Below, piece by piece: positions 26,148-39,302 of a DNA stretch of 64,000 nt. Source of the DNA: Rhodospirillales bacterium (GTDB lineage: Bacteria > Pseudomonadota > Alphaproteobacteria > Rhodospirillales > UBA2165); the NCBI GenBank assembly GCA_016777585.1, contig JADHRD010000002.1:669-64668 (forward strand). The letters run 5' to 3'. The translations under genes and the position numbers were made by a program. Numbering within the stretch: position 1 is the first letter of the stretch; every line of letters starts with the position of its first letter. The notes beneath the pieces were generated by a model that did not search any database, was not told where the DNA came from, and saw only the letters and a list, made by a program, of their open reading frames with translations.

Positions 26148-28304
26148 ATGAAACAAATTATTCAGAGTGCAAAATCGGGTGACCTGAAGGTAAAAGACTT
26201 GCCCACTCCTCAAGTTGGAAGAAAGGAAATTCTGGTAAAAACCAGTGCTTCACTAATTTCATCGGGGACTGAGAGAATGGTCGCGGAATTTGCAAAAAAG
26301 AATATACTATCGAAAGCGCGGCATCGTCCAGACCTTGTAAAAAAAGTGTTGTCCAAAGTAAAAACTGATGGCTTCAAAGCAACAATAAAAGCTGTTCTTA
26401 CAAGATTAGATGAGCCAATTCCACTAGGGTATTCAGCATCAGGAAGAATTATGGAAATTGGTGCAGGTATTGAGGGTAAATTTACGATTGGTGAACGAGT
26501 AGCAATTGCAGGAGCTGGTATTGCTAACCATTCAGAATTCAATGCGGTGCCTGAAAATTTAGCGGTTTCAATTCCTGAATCAGTGAGTGATGAAGAAGCC
26601 GCTTTCGCAACAATTGCTTCAATTGCCATGCATTCGATTAGAAATTTATCTGTCCAACTCGGAGACGTTGTTGCTGTATTTGGTGCCGGCCTTGTGGGAC
26701 AACTAGCAGCTCAATTTTTGAAACTATCCGGCGCACGAGTTATTATTCTTGATTATGATCAATCGAGATTAGATCTTGGGGAAAAATTAGGTGCTGAAAA
26801 GGCAATTAACCTTCAAGATGACAATGTATGTAACAATATTTTTTCTTTAACTGGGGGTATTGGTTGTGATTCTATTTTAATTGCTGCATCAACTCCAACC
26901 AATGAACCCTTTAATTTAGCAGCAGAAATAAGCCGAGATCGAGGCAAAGTTTGTTTGGTTGGCATGAGTGGAACGGAGTTTCCCTATGCAGAGTTTATGA
27001 AAAAAGAGTTGTCTCTCATAGTTTCAAGATCTTATGGGCCAGGCAGGTATGATGATGATTATGAAAAACGTGGTTTAAAATATCCTATTGGATTTGTTCG
27101 TTGGACTGAAACTGCCAACCTAGCAGAAGTTATGCGACTATTGTCAGATAAGGCAACAAATCAACTAGATGTCAATTCACTCATTACGCATCGTTTTGAT
27201 ATTGGGTCAGCGGTTAAAGCTTTTGATATGGTTTTATCAAAAACTACCCCTCATTTAGGCATTGTAATAAATTATCCAGAAAATACCTCCATACGGCACA
27301 ATCAAAGAGAAGCAAACAAAATAATCAAACACACTGGATCATGTGTGATTGGTCTATTTGGCGCCGGTAATTTTAGTAAATCTATTTTACTACCAGCATT
27401 ATCCAAAATTACTAATTTAAGCCTGCACACAATTGTTGCAAAAAACGGTAAATCATCTAACCATGTAAAAGAAAAATTTGGCTTTTTAAATGCCAGTAGC
27501 GATCCATTAAAAATTCTAGATGATCCAAATATTAACGCTGTAATAATTACAACCCGCCATGATAGTCACGCTGAATTGACAATAAAAAGCTTAAATGCTG
27601 GTAAACATGTGCTGGTTGAAAAACCGTTAGGGTTATCAGAAAAAGAGTTGATTGATATTCAAAAAGCCTATGAAAAAAATAATAGTTTTCTACAAGTTGG
27701 CTTTAATAGAAGATTTGCACCTCTAGCAAGTAAACTTGACGCGGAATTAGCAAAAATCGACGGACCACGCTTCATGCTTTTCCGTATAAATGCTGGACAT
27801 ATTCCCAATGATAGTTGGATCCATAATGATGAGGAAGGTGGAGGAAGAATCATTGGAGAGATGTGCCATTTTATTGACTTCGCGCGCCACTGTGCAAAAT
27901 CGAAGATACTATCTGTACAGGCAGATGCGGCGAAAAACACCGGGGGATCAGCGGATGATGTTACGGCTATAATCCGTTTTGAAAATGGAAGTCTTGCCAC
28001 TATTTCGTATACTGGACTAGGTGACACAACCGTCCCCAAAGAACAATATGAAATATTCGCAGGCGGCACTGTATTAGCTATAAACAACTTTCGGGAGTTA
28101 GTCATAACCTCGAATGGTAATACAAAAAAATATACTGGTTATGGTCAAGATAAAGGTTTCAAAAGCGCATTAGAAGCATTCAAATCATCTGTAAACAGTG
28201 ATGCTCCGGGTCCATCTAATCCAGATGAAATTTTTGACAGCAGTTGGGCAACTCTTGCTGTCATGAAATCTTTACGTTTGGGTTCAAAAATTGATCTTAT
28301 TTGA
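26148..28304 (+). CDS. bi-domain oxidoreductase: MDR/zinc-ADH-like N-half fused to Gfo/Idh/MocA C-half
   Basis: N-half has a GroES-like fold and GAGLVGQLAAQF. C-half has GLFGAGNFS and VLVEKPLGLS. Confidence 0.8.
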   Translation: MKQIIQSAKSGDLKVKDLPTPQVGRKEILVKTSASLISSGTERMVAEFAKKNILSKARHRPDLVKKVLSKVKTDGFKATIKAVLTRLDEPIPLGYSASGRIMEIGAGIEGKFTIGERVAIAGAGIANHSEFNAVPENLAVSIPESVSDEEAAFATIASIAMHSIRNLSVQLGDVVAVFGAGLVGQLAAQFLKLSGARVIILDYDQSRLDLGEKLGAEKAINLQDDNVCNNIFSLTGGIGCDSILIAASTPTNEPFNLAAEISRDRGKVCLVGMSGTEFPYAEFMKKELSLIVSRSYGPGRYDDDYEKRGLKYPIGFVRWTETANLAEVMRLLSDKATNQLDVNSLITHRFDIGSAVKAFDMVLSKTTPHLGIVINYPENTSIRHNQREANKIIKHTGSCVIGLFGAGNFSKSILLPALSKITNLSLHTIVAKNGKSSNHVKEKFGFLNASSDPLKILDDPNINAVIITTRHDSHAELTIKSLNAGKHVLVEKPLGLSEKELIDIQKAYEKNNSFLQVGFNRRFAPLASKLDAELAKIDGPRFMLFRINAGHIPNDSWIHNDEEGGGRIIGEMCHFIDFARHCAKSKILSVQADAAKNTGGSADDVTAIIRFENGSLATISYTGLGDTTVPKEQYEIFAGGTVLAINNFRELVITSNGNTKKYTGYGQDKGFKSALEAFKSSVNSDAPGPSNPDEIFDSSWATLAVMKSLRLGSKIDLI

Positions 28305-28319
28305 TTCAGGAAAAAATTA

Positions 28320-29786
28320 ATGTCGAACGAGAAATGGTCATTAAATACCTTGGTTGAGCGCCTTGCAGAAGCAAAGGTACTATGTATCGGCGATATAATG
28401 TTGGATAAATTTGTTTACGGTGAAGTAGATAGAATTTCACCCGAGGCTCCCATACCTGTACTTAAAACAAAATCTGATAAATTATTATTGGGCGGCGCGG
28501 GTAACGTAGCTAACAATCTTTCTTGTTTGGGGGCAGAAACGCATTTTATTTCAGTCATTGGAAACGATCCAACCGGAAAGACTATAACAGAATTAATTAA
28601 AAAAATTCCTAATATCGCAGCTAACCTGATTATAGATGAGAAACGACCAACTACTATGAAAACACGCTTTATAGCAAGTGGGCAACAAATGATGCGTGTT
28701 GATGATGAAACAACATTAAACGTAGATCACTTAATCGAAAGTAATATTATTGATCTAACGGAGTCAGCGTTAGATAAATGTGGCGCATTGGTTATAGCTG
28801 ATTATGGTAAAGGTGTTTTAACTAGGTTTCTTCTTAAACAAATTATTAAACTCGCCAAATCCAGAAAAATTCCTGTTGTGATAGACCCGCAGGGTTTCGA
28901 CTATAGTGCTTACAACGGGGCAAGTCTTATAACGCCAAATCTTAAAGAACTCTCAGAAGCAACCACCATGCCGACTGGTAGTGATAAAGAAATCAATGCC
29001 GCTGCAATATCACTAATATCAAAATATAAAATTAATTCGGTACTAGCGACCCGCTCTGGCGATGGAATGAGTCTCATTAATAAGAAATGCTTTACTACAT
29101 TTGCAGCAGAAGCTCGTGAAATTTTTGACGTATCGGGCGCTGGTGATACTGTAGCAGCAACAGTAAGTGCTTGTTTGGCAGCTAATATTAAACTTGATCA
29201 TGGTGTCAAGCTCGCGAATATTACAGCTGGTATTGTTGTTGCTAAATTAGGGACTGCTGTAGTGTATACAAATGATATTATATCAAACTTTCGTAATGAA
29301 AGCATTAAATCAACTGATAAGAAATTATATACAATTCACTCCATTACCGAACAAATCGAAATATGGCGATCTAAGGGCTTCAAAATAGGGTTTACAAATG
29401 GATGTTTTGATATTCTGCATCCGGGTCATGTATCTACCATTACAAAAGCAAAGTCATTATGTGATAAATTAATAGTGGGTTTAAATAGTGATAGTTCTGT
29501 CAAAAATCTAAAAGGTAATAATCGACCTGTGCAATCAGAGGCAGCCCGTTCAGAAATACTAGTTTCTTTAGAAGATGTAGATGGCGTAATAATATTTAAT
29601 GAAAAAAATCCTAATAATATCCTAAAGATTATTAAGCCCGAAATTTTTGTGAAAGGAGCAGATTATTCTATAGAAAACATTCCAGAAGCAAAAATTATTC
29701 ATTCCTATGGTGGTGACATAATATTGGCCGACATCAAGGATGGTTTTAGCACAACAAATACAATTTCAAAAATAAAACAAAAATAA
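28320..29786 (+). CDS. hldE: bifunctional D-beta-D-heptose 7-phosphate kinase / D-beta-D-heptose 1-phosphate adenylyltransferase
   Basis: PfkB kinase half (VSGAGDTV). Cytidylyltransferase half (GFTNGCFDILHPGH). Confidence 0.9.
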   Translation: MSNEKWSLNTLVERLAEAKVLCIGDIMLDKFVYGEVDRISPEAPIPVLKTKSDKLLLGGAGNVANNLSCLGAETHFISVIGNDPTGKTITELIKKIPNIAANLIIDEKRPTTMKTRFIASGQQMMRVDDETTLNVDHLIESNIIDLTESALDKCGALVIADYGKGVLTRFLLKQIIKLAKSRKIPVVIDPQGFDYSAYNGASLITPNLKELSEATTMPTGSDKEINAAAISLISKYKINSVLATRSGDGMSLINKKCFTTFAAEAREIFDVSGAGDTVAATVSACLAANIKLDHGVKLANITAGIVVAKLGTAVVYTNDIISNFRNESIKSTDKKLYTIHSITEQIEIWRSKGFKIGFTNGCFDILHPGHVSTITKAKSLCDKLIVGLNSDSSVKNLKGNNRPVQSEAARSEILVSLEDVDGVIIFNEKNPNNILKIIKPEIFVKGADYSIENIPEAKIIHSYGGDIILADIKDGFSTTNTISKIKQK

Positions 29787-29826
29787 TTTATAAAAGGGCA
29801 TTCTCCACTTAAACCATAGCGAGTGA

Positions 29827-31674
29827 TCACTTATTAGGGATAATAATATCGATAAACCTATCCCAAAATGATTTTTCTTTCTGACGTCTAATTTGTTTTG
29901 TTTCTTTTCCGAGTTCTGTCTTATTAAATTGGCTTTGAGCATAACGCATGAGATCCCTCCAGATAAAAGCCGGTAACCCGCCACCTGAAACCTTTTTCAT
30001 GGAACGATCATTATCATTACCAACCCAAACACCGCCTACGAGATTGTTTACATAACCAACAAACCAAGCATCACGAAATCGCTGACTGGTTCCAGTTTTA
30101 CCTTTTTCTTGCCCTGAAAATCGAGCATTCCTACCTGTTCCAAATATTACCACTTCTTCCAACATCTCATCCATTAATAACACATTTTCTTGGGCAACAA
30201 CCTGTCCGGTTCCTCCACCAGTTCGCCTATAAATTACATTGCCGAGATCATCCTCAATTTGCAAAATACCGAATGGTAGAACACCCTGACCTCCATTCGC
30301 AAACACTGCATAAGCTCCTGTTAACTCAAATAAACTCAACTCGGACGTTCCAAGGGCGAGACTCGGCGATCGGGTTAACGGTGAGATTATTCCCAATTTC
30401 CTCGCAATTTTAATTACCGCATCTCTCCCGGCATATTCCGAAACCTTAACTGCTATTGTATTTACAGACTTGGCTAATGCGCTCTTTAGAGACATCTCCC
30501 CAATAAATTTATTATTATAGTTTTTCGGAGACCAGCCTTCAATTGAGACCCGTGAGTCTATAAATTTTGTATCTGGTTTAAGACCAGCCTCTAATCCTGC
30601 TAGATAGATAATAGGTTTGAACGCTGACCCTGGCTGACGTAGTGCTTGAGTTGATCTATTAAATTGGCTTTGTTTATAATTTCTGCCCCCAGCCATTGCC
30701 AAAATAGCCCCCTGTTTCGTCATCAATATCGAAGCACCTTGAGAGACTCTGAGTTTTTTACCATATTTTGATAAATACTTCTCAAGAATAAACTCTAACT
30801 TTGTTTGAAGCAGTGGATTTAAAGTTGTTCGTACTATGACATTACTGGTATTAGGGCCTGCAAATCCTCGTATTTGATCAGATACCCAATCAGTAAAATA
30901 TTGTCCAATCTTCTTCAAATTTCTACGCTGTTTGTATTTAAATTTATCTTCAATCAAGTGTTTTGCCTGAATCTCAGTAAGATAACCAGACTTTACCATA
31001 TTTGAGATGACAACCTTAGCTCGAGCAATAGCTCCCTTGGGGTTATGGGCGGGGTTTAGCCTAGACGGTGCTTTTAAGATTCCCGCAATTATTGCTGACT
31101 CTAAAACTGTCAGTTTTTTTGCTTCTTTATCAAAATATATTCTTGATGCACTATCTACACCGTATGCCCCAGAACCAAAATAAACACGATTCAGGTAAAT
31201 TGACATTATTTGATCTTTTGTGAATTTCTGCTCTAACCAAAGTGCTAATATTAACTCTTGGTATTTCCGTTTAAATGTTCTCTCTGAATTTAAAAATAAA
31301 TTCTTTGCAGCTTGTTGTGTTATTGTACTTCCACCTTGCACAATACGGCCTGCTCTAAGGTTTTTAGCCATTGCCCTAGCAATTCCAATTATATCGACTC
31401 CAAAATGCGAGTAGAATCTGCGGTCTTCAGTAGCAATAATAGCATTAATCAGATGAGAGGGAAGATCTTTAACGTAAACTTTTTTGCCTACTAGGTCTCC
31501 AAAGCGAGCCAACCTTGAACCATCATTTGCTAAAATTGTAATTGATGGGCGACGCGATACCTCTAAAGCCTTATCAATCGTAGGTAGGTCATATGAAAAA
31601 AATAACGTTACAATTGTAATTACTAACAATATCCATATTGATATAGTAAAAAACCACTTAAACAAGAACCTCAA
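29827..31674 (-). CDS. class A penicillin-binding protein (glycosyltransferase GT51 plus transpeptidase)
   Basis: EDRRFYSHFGVD and GGSTITQQ (GT51). SAFKP, SPKN and KTGTS (transpeptidase). Confidence 0.9.
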   Translation of the reverse strand: MRFLFKWFFTISIWILLVITIVTLFFSYDLPTIDKALEVSRRPSITILANDGSRLARFGDLVGKKVYVKDLPSHLINAIIATEDRRFYSHFGVDIIGIARAMAKNLRAGRIVQGGSTITQQAAKNLFLNSERTFKRKYQELILALWLEQKFTKDQIMSIYLNRVYFGSGAYGVDSASRIYFDKEAKKLTVLESAIIAGILKAPSRLNPAHNPKGAIARAKVVISNMVKSGYLTEIQAKHLIEDKFKYKQRRNLKKIGQYFTDWVSDQIRGFAGPNTSNVIVRTTLNPLLQTKLEFILEKYLSKYGKKLRVSQGASILMTKQGAILAMAGGRNYKQSQFNRSTQALRQPGSAFKPIIYLAGLEAGLKPDTKFIDSRVSIEGWSPKNYNNKFIGEMSLKSALAKSVNTIAVKVSEYAGRDAVIKIARKLGIISPLTRSPSLALGTSELSLFELTGAYAVFANGGQGVLPFGILQIEDDLGNVIYRRTGGGTGQVVAQENVLLMDEMLEEVVIFGTGRNARFSGQEKGKTGTSQRFRDAWFVGYVNNLVGGVWVGNDNDRSMKKVSGGGLPAFIWRDLMRYAQSQFNKTELGKETKQIRRQKEKSFWDRFIDIIIPNK

Positions 31675-31729
31675 AAATTCATCTCTCTAATAAAAAGGGT
31701 GTTATTTATCATAATTGAGCGACATTATA

Positions 31730-34198
<2,469 letters not shown>

Positions 34199-34242
34199 TT
34201 AGTAAACAGCTATTTGATAATCTAATTTTTTAGTCTTTGTTG

Positions 34243-35409
34243 TTAATCTACCCCGATTTCGAAATGTTGTGCATTGTTTCTCAAAGAAGAAAAAGTTTCT
34301 GGGTCTGTCCCAGTAATCCATGCTTGAACACCTAAATCGATAATTAGATCAAATAATGAAATTCTACGGTCTTGATCTAAGTGCGCTGTAATTTCATCAA
34401 GTAAAAGAAATGGCGCATAACCTCGCTCTTGTGTCTGAAGAATTACGGCTGCGATTACAAGACTAATTAGAAGGGATTTTTGCTCTCCTGTTGAACATAA
34501 TTTTGCCTCCATCTTATTTTTAGCATGGTAAACCATTAAATCACTCTTATGAGGTCCAAAAGAGGTATAACCCTTGATTCTATCAATTTCTCGAGACGCT
34601 TTCAATTCAACACGTATTTTCTCTTCAACAGCCAAGGCTGGTTCTTTTTCCAACCACCTCTCTACTTCTCCATTAAGTTCAATTAAAGAACCGGGGAATA
34701 CACCATTGCCAATTGAGCAAAATTTTCTCAACCGGTCTACTGTTTGTAACCGTTGTACCGTTACAGCTACCCCATGGCGGGAAATTGATGCCTCAATCGA
34801 ATCCAGCCATTCAGAGTCATCAAAATTATCTTTCAGTAGCCTATTACGGCTTCGAATAGAATGTTCATAAGCACTAACTGGACCAATGTGAGAAGGATCA
34901 AGGGCATAAGTAATTTGATCAATAAATCGACGACGACCAGAAGCACCCTCAGCAAACAACCTATCCATTTGAGGAGTCAACCATTGAGCACTAACGTATT
35001 CACCTAATTCAGATTGGTTCCTAACCACATTACCGTTGATTTTGATCACACGTTTAATGCTTTTTTGACTTTTATTGTCATAATTAGAAAATTCACAACC
35101 CGTACCAATATCCATCATGTTTTCGCCAATTTTTAATTTGGCCGCCACAGCCCAATTTGAAATTTTATCTTCGCCTTGGGATGATTTATGCAAAACTTCA
35201 CTTAATGGCGCTCGTCTTAACCCCTTACCCGGCACTAAAAATGAGAGCGCCTCCAATAAATTAGTTTTTCCAGCTCCGTTTAAACCAGTAAGAACAACGA
35301 GATTACTATCAATGTCAAAACGTTTAAACTTATAAGATCTAAAATTAGACAAAGTGAGCGAACTGATAGCAGTTTTGTCAGATACAGGTTTTTTATTTAC
35401 CTGGTTCAT
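34243..35409 (-). CDS. recF: DNA replication and repair protein RecF
   Basis: LTLSNFRSY, GLNGAGKTNLLEA, SGEQK and LLLDE. It lies between dnaN and gyrB. Confidence 0.95.
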   Translation of the reverse strand: MNQVNKKPVSDKTAISSLTLSNFRSYKFKRFDIDSNLVVLTGLNGAGKTNLLEALSFLVPGKGLRRAPLSEVLHKSSQGEDKISNWAVAAKLKIGENMMDIGTGCEFSNYDNKSQKSIKRVIKINGNVVRNQSELGEYVSAQWLTPQMDRLFAEGASGRRRFIDQITYALDPSHIGPVSAYEHSIRSRNRLLKDNFDDSEWLDSIEASISRHGVAVTVQRLQTVDRLRKFCSIGNGVFPGSLIELNGEVERWLEKEPALAVEEKIRVELKASREIDRIKGYTSFGPHKSDLMVYHAKNKMEAKLCSTGEQKSLLISLVIAAVILQTQERGYAPFLLLDEITAHLDQDRRISLFDLIIDLGVQAWITGTDPETFSSLRNNAQHFEIGVD

Positions 35410-35539
35410 ATTTCTAACACTATATGATAATTTCTTAAAAAAGACCTCAAAAAAATTTATTCCATTTTTTATTATAAATACTTATCCTTAACTATTAGGG
35501 ATGGACATCGCCATAATTATTTAAGTTGCAATCAACCTA

Positions 35540-36658
35540 TCAAACCCTCATTGGCATTAAAACGTATAATGCACCTTGATCCTCTAGATCTTCTATCAGT
35601 GTTGGTGATGATGAATTTGCCAAGGTAAAACGTATTAGTTTACCTTCTATTTGTTGGGCTATATCCAATAAATAACGAGAGTTGAAACCAATTTCCATCT
35701 CCACTTCATCATAATCTACTTGCAACTCTTCGGTGGCAGAATCATTTTCTGCGCTATTTGCTGAGAGTATTAGGCTCCCTTTTGAGACAGACAGCTTTAC
35801 CGATCGGGATTTCTCGTTAGAAATAGCAGATACACGATCCACCGCCTGAGAAAATAAATGGGCATCCACCTCAAGCACCTTATCATTGTTATCTGGAATG
35901 ACACGGTCATAATCTGGGAATGTCCCATCAATCAACTTTGATGTTAATGCAGTCCCGTCAAAACTAAATTTAATCTTAGTATCGGATAGACCCACCTCAA
36001 TATCTTCCTCGCCTTCATCAATTAGCTTACGCATTTCCGCAACTGCTTTACGGGGTAAAATAACCCCTGGCATGTCTAATGCACCTTGTGGTAAGGGTAA
36101 TTCTACACTTGCTAGCCTGTGACCATCCGTTGCCACTGCACGCAATACATTAGTATCACCTCTTTTAGCAGCGTGAAGATATATCCCGTTCAAATAATAA
36201 CGAGTTTCCTCTGTAGAAATAGCAAATTTTGATCTATCAATTAAACCTCTCAAATCACTTGATTTAAGTATAAAATTTATCGGCAAGTCGCCAGTTGAAG
36301 CTACTGGAAAATCCTCGGTTGGCAAACATGTTAACTTAAAATTAGAACGACCAGATATCAATGTTAGCTGTTTATCATCTCCATCCGAATCTAAAACAAT
36401 CTGAGATCCGTCAGGCAACTTTCTAACAATATCATATAATGTATGGGCTGGTGCAGTGGCTGAACCACCACCACTTATATCAGCTGGAATTTGCTCAACT
36501 ATGTCTATATCCATATCGGTTGCATGCAAAGTAAGAACATTATTTTGAGCTTCAAATTTTACATTTGATAAAATAGGGATGGTGTTTCTTCGCTCTACAA
36601 CTCCTTGGATATGATTTAAAACTTTTAATAACAATCCCCGTTCAATAGTAATTTTCAT
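35540..36658 (-). CDS. dnaN: DNA polymerase III beta sliding clamp
   Basis: 372 aa, NTIPILSNV, ATDGHRLA, YVLMPMRV C-terminus. Confidence 0.95.
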   Translation of the reverse strand: MKITIERGLLLKVLNHIQGVVERRNTIPILSNVKFEAQNNVLTLHATDMDIDIVEQIPADISGGGSATAPAHTLYDIVRKLPDGSQIVLDSDGDDKQLTLISGRSNFKLTCLPTEDFPVASTGDLPINFILKSSDLRGLIDRSKFAISTEETRYYLNGIYLHAAKRGDTNVLRAVATDGHRLASVELPLPQGALDMPGVILPRKAVAEMRKLIDEGEEDIEVGLSDTKIKFSFDGTALTSKLIDGTFPDYDRVIPDNNDKVLEVDAHLFSQAVDRVSAISNEKSRSVKLSVSKGSLILSANSAENDSATEELQVDYDEVEMEIGFNSRYLLDIAQQIEGKLIRFTLANSSSPTLIEDLEDQGALYVLMPMRV

Positions 36659-36998
36659 GATATTACGATTTCCTACTCGCTCTTAAATTTATAGATTTTA
36701 TTTTAACAACTAAAAGTATGTTTTTCGTTAAAATATATTTTTAAATTTATATTTAGACATCTCTGCATCAACTGTTAAATAAATTATATACTGACACCAT
36801 GATAACTAGCATAAACTCAAGGGTAGTATAGCAGGTTAGGCAATATAGGTAAGCTTTTTACTATAAAAATATAAACTTTTTTATTTTTTATTAATAGGTC
36901 CAACGCAATAATTTGCGAGCCTACAATACGACAAAAAGTACTTGAAAAAAATAACCAAACTTATTCTTAGCTTCGAAAATTTATGCTATATAAACCTT

Positions 36999-38417
36999 TT
37001 AGCCCTCTAACATGCGCTTTAAAAGATCTACATCTTCTGCAAAGCTATTATCGTGATCGCATAATTCGTCAACTTTTTTAACCGCATGCATCACCGTTGT
37101 ATGGTCTCTTCCACCAAATTTTCTCCCTATTTCAGGTAATGATCTAGATGTAAGCTGTTTTGATAAATACATGGCCACCTGACGTGGGCGCGCAACAGAC
37201 CTGGCTCGGCGGGCCGAATGCATGTCTGAAATACGGATATTAAAATGCTCAGCTACACTTTTTTGGATTTCTTCAATAGTTACCTTGCGGTCATTCGAGC
37301 GAAGAAGGTCATGGAGTATATCTTGCGTTGTTTCCAATGTTAAATCCCTTCCAACCAATTGTGTATGAGCAGCAACACGGTTTAACGCACCCTCTAATTC
37401 ACGAACATTCGAAGTAATTCTATGTGCCAAGAACTCAACCACGTTGCGGGGAACTTCCAATTTCATTTTTTCAGCTTTAGTCTCTAATATAGCCAAACGG
37501 AGCTCATAAGTTGTAGCATGAATGTCTGCGACCAAACCACAATTAAGCCTCGATTTTAGACGCTCTTCAACTCCTTCAAGATCTGACGGCGATTTATCGG
37601 CTGACAAAATTATTTGTCGACCCTGATCAACCAGCGCATTAAATGTGTGAAAGAACTCTTCTTGAGTTGCATCTCGACCACCAATGAATTGGACATCGTC
37701 AATCATTAATACATCAACCGAGCGAAATTGCTCCTTAAAGTCCACAGTGTTTTTTTCTCTTAAGGCTCTAACAAATCTATACATAAATTTTTCTGCAGAC
37801 AGATACATTACTGTGCGGGCGGGGTCCCTCTCTAGTATTTCCCAAGCAATCGCATTCATCAAATGAGTTTTACCTAAACCAACTCCACCATATAAGAACA
37901 ACGGATTAAAAAAAACTGATGACGCCTGAGCCACGCGTCTAGCTGCTGCATAAGCAAATTCGTTTGGCTTACCAACCACAAATTGATCAAATTTGAATCT
38001 TCCATCCAAAGGTGCAGAAATTTGACTGTCAGAAATATGCGGCGGGGTAGCTTTTTCTTTTTGATCTGACTTGACAACAACTTTAGCATCTAAATCATTT
38101 TTTTTATCAATATTATTATATTCTCTGGACACATGCGGCTGATTTTTCAAACTCGGCTGGATTATAACATCTACAGAGTTAACGACGTTATTCTCTCTAG
38201 TCCACAAATCCTTGAGACGATCTATGTAATTTGCCACTACCCAGTCACGCATGAACCTCGATGGAACAGCTAATCTGACTTCTGAGTTTCTAACATCAAA
38301 GGCTTTTATCGGCCTCACCCAGTTTTCAAAAGCGGTTTCGCCAATTTCGGTTTTTAAAGTGTTGCTTACTCTAAGCCATTGTTCCTGTAAACCTTTATCT
38401 TCAGAACTCATACCCAT
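36999..38417 (-). CDS. dnaA: chromosomal replication initiator DnaA
   Basis: GGVGLGKTHL, LMIDDVQF, SNVRELEGAL and the C-terminal DNA-binding KFGGRDHTTVMHA. The start is ambiguous: TTG 38435, ATG 38417 or ATG 38411. Confidence 0.95.
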   Translation of the reverse strand: MGMSSEDKGLQEQWLRVSNTLKTEIGETAFENWVRPIKAFDVRNSEVRLAVPSRFMRDWVVANYIDRLKDLWTRENNVVNSVDVIIQPSLKNQPHVSREYNNIDKKNDLDAKVVVKSDQKEKATPPHISDSQISAPLDGRFKFDQFVVGKPNEFAYAAARRVAQASSVFFNPLFLYGGVGLGKTHLMNAIAWEILERDPARTVMYLSAEKFMYRFVRALREKNTVDFKEQFRSVDVLMIDDVQFIGGRDATQEEFFHTFNALVDQGRQIILSADKSPSDLEGVEERLKSRLNCGLVADIHATTYELRLAILETKAEKMKLEVPRNVVEFLAHRITSNVRELEGALNRVAAHTQLVGRDLTLETTQDILHDLLRSNDRKVTIEEIQKSVAEHFNIRISDMHSARRARSVARPRQVAMYLSKQLTSRSLPEIGRKFGGRDHTTVMHAVKKVDELCDHDNSFAEDVDLLKRMLEG

Positions 38418-38906
38418 GCTTGCCAGCCCCAACAATAAACATCTATCGATAACAGTCTGTCAGTATAACCATACCGACATAATCGAATTCTAATCTCAAA
38501 CGATCATATATGATAGCGTTTTAATTCCAACAAAAGAGCAATTTTTAATTTTGCTCCCGCCCAATCTTTTAACGGTCACACTTTTTCCAAAATAATCTTA
38601 AGATTAAAATGCACCCTGAATATCCTTTAAAAATTTCTGGTAATCACCTTTTTATAATTTTTTTTAATTTATCTTGAAATAATGTTAAAAGATAACCTCA
38701 AGACAAGATTAACCTTACATAACAAATTTTTTTGATTCAATAGGTCCGAAAGGAGAACGTGTAAAATTTTCTTCTTGACATGAAACAAAGATTCGAATCG
38801 TGACTTATAAAAGGCATTATTTTAATAATATTTTTCTACAACAATAAACGATGTTTATTACAACTCTGTTTTTACTGATTAAAAAAAATTGAGATGGTGG
38901 CTTCTA

Positions 38907-39173
38907 TTAAGTTTTTAAAGATTTGATCTTCTTTGAGAGCCTAGATATTTTTCTCGACGCTGTATTACGATGAAGGAGACTCTTTTGAGCGGACCTCATT
39001 AGTTTCGGCTCGGCTGTCTTTAACGCCTCTTTCGCAGCAACCACATCACCAGATTCTATAGCTTTTTCTACCAATTTGACTTGCGTTCGCATGTCACTGC
39101 GACGGCCACGATTAACTTCTGACTTTCTCTCGGTTTGTAAGATACGCTTTTTAGCAGATTTAATATTAGCCAT
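38907..39173 (-). CDS. rpsT: 30S ribosomal protein S20
   Basis: Starts MANIKSAKKRILQTERK at the internal ATG 39173. The track extension to 39200 is unlikely. Confidence 0.92.
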   Translation of the reverse strand: MANIKSAKKRILQTERKSEVNRGRRSDMRTQVKLVEKAIESGDVVAAKEALKTAEPKLMRSAQKSLLHRNTASRKISRLSKKIKSLKT

Positions 39174-39302
39174 GATTTCCAACGACATTAATTTTGACAA
39201 TGAGTCGAAGACAGAGTGCTATCTTCGAGTTGCGAGTTTATATATGGGTAACTCTAACGCGTCAAGCCTTAGAAGTTTTCATTGGAATATTTAAAAGAAG
39301 TT

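Noticed and set aside
38787-38800. GATTCGAATC, which resembles a tRNA T-loop
   Set aside because: No acceptor, D or anticodon arms can be built around it. It is simply a short palindrome.
38436-38906. Annotating the dnaA-rpsT spacer as oriC
   Set aside because: I found no DnaA box within one mismatch by eye, only isolated two-mismatch sites. The strand organisation to the right is inconsistent with an origin here. It is left as an open question in the findings.
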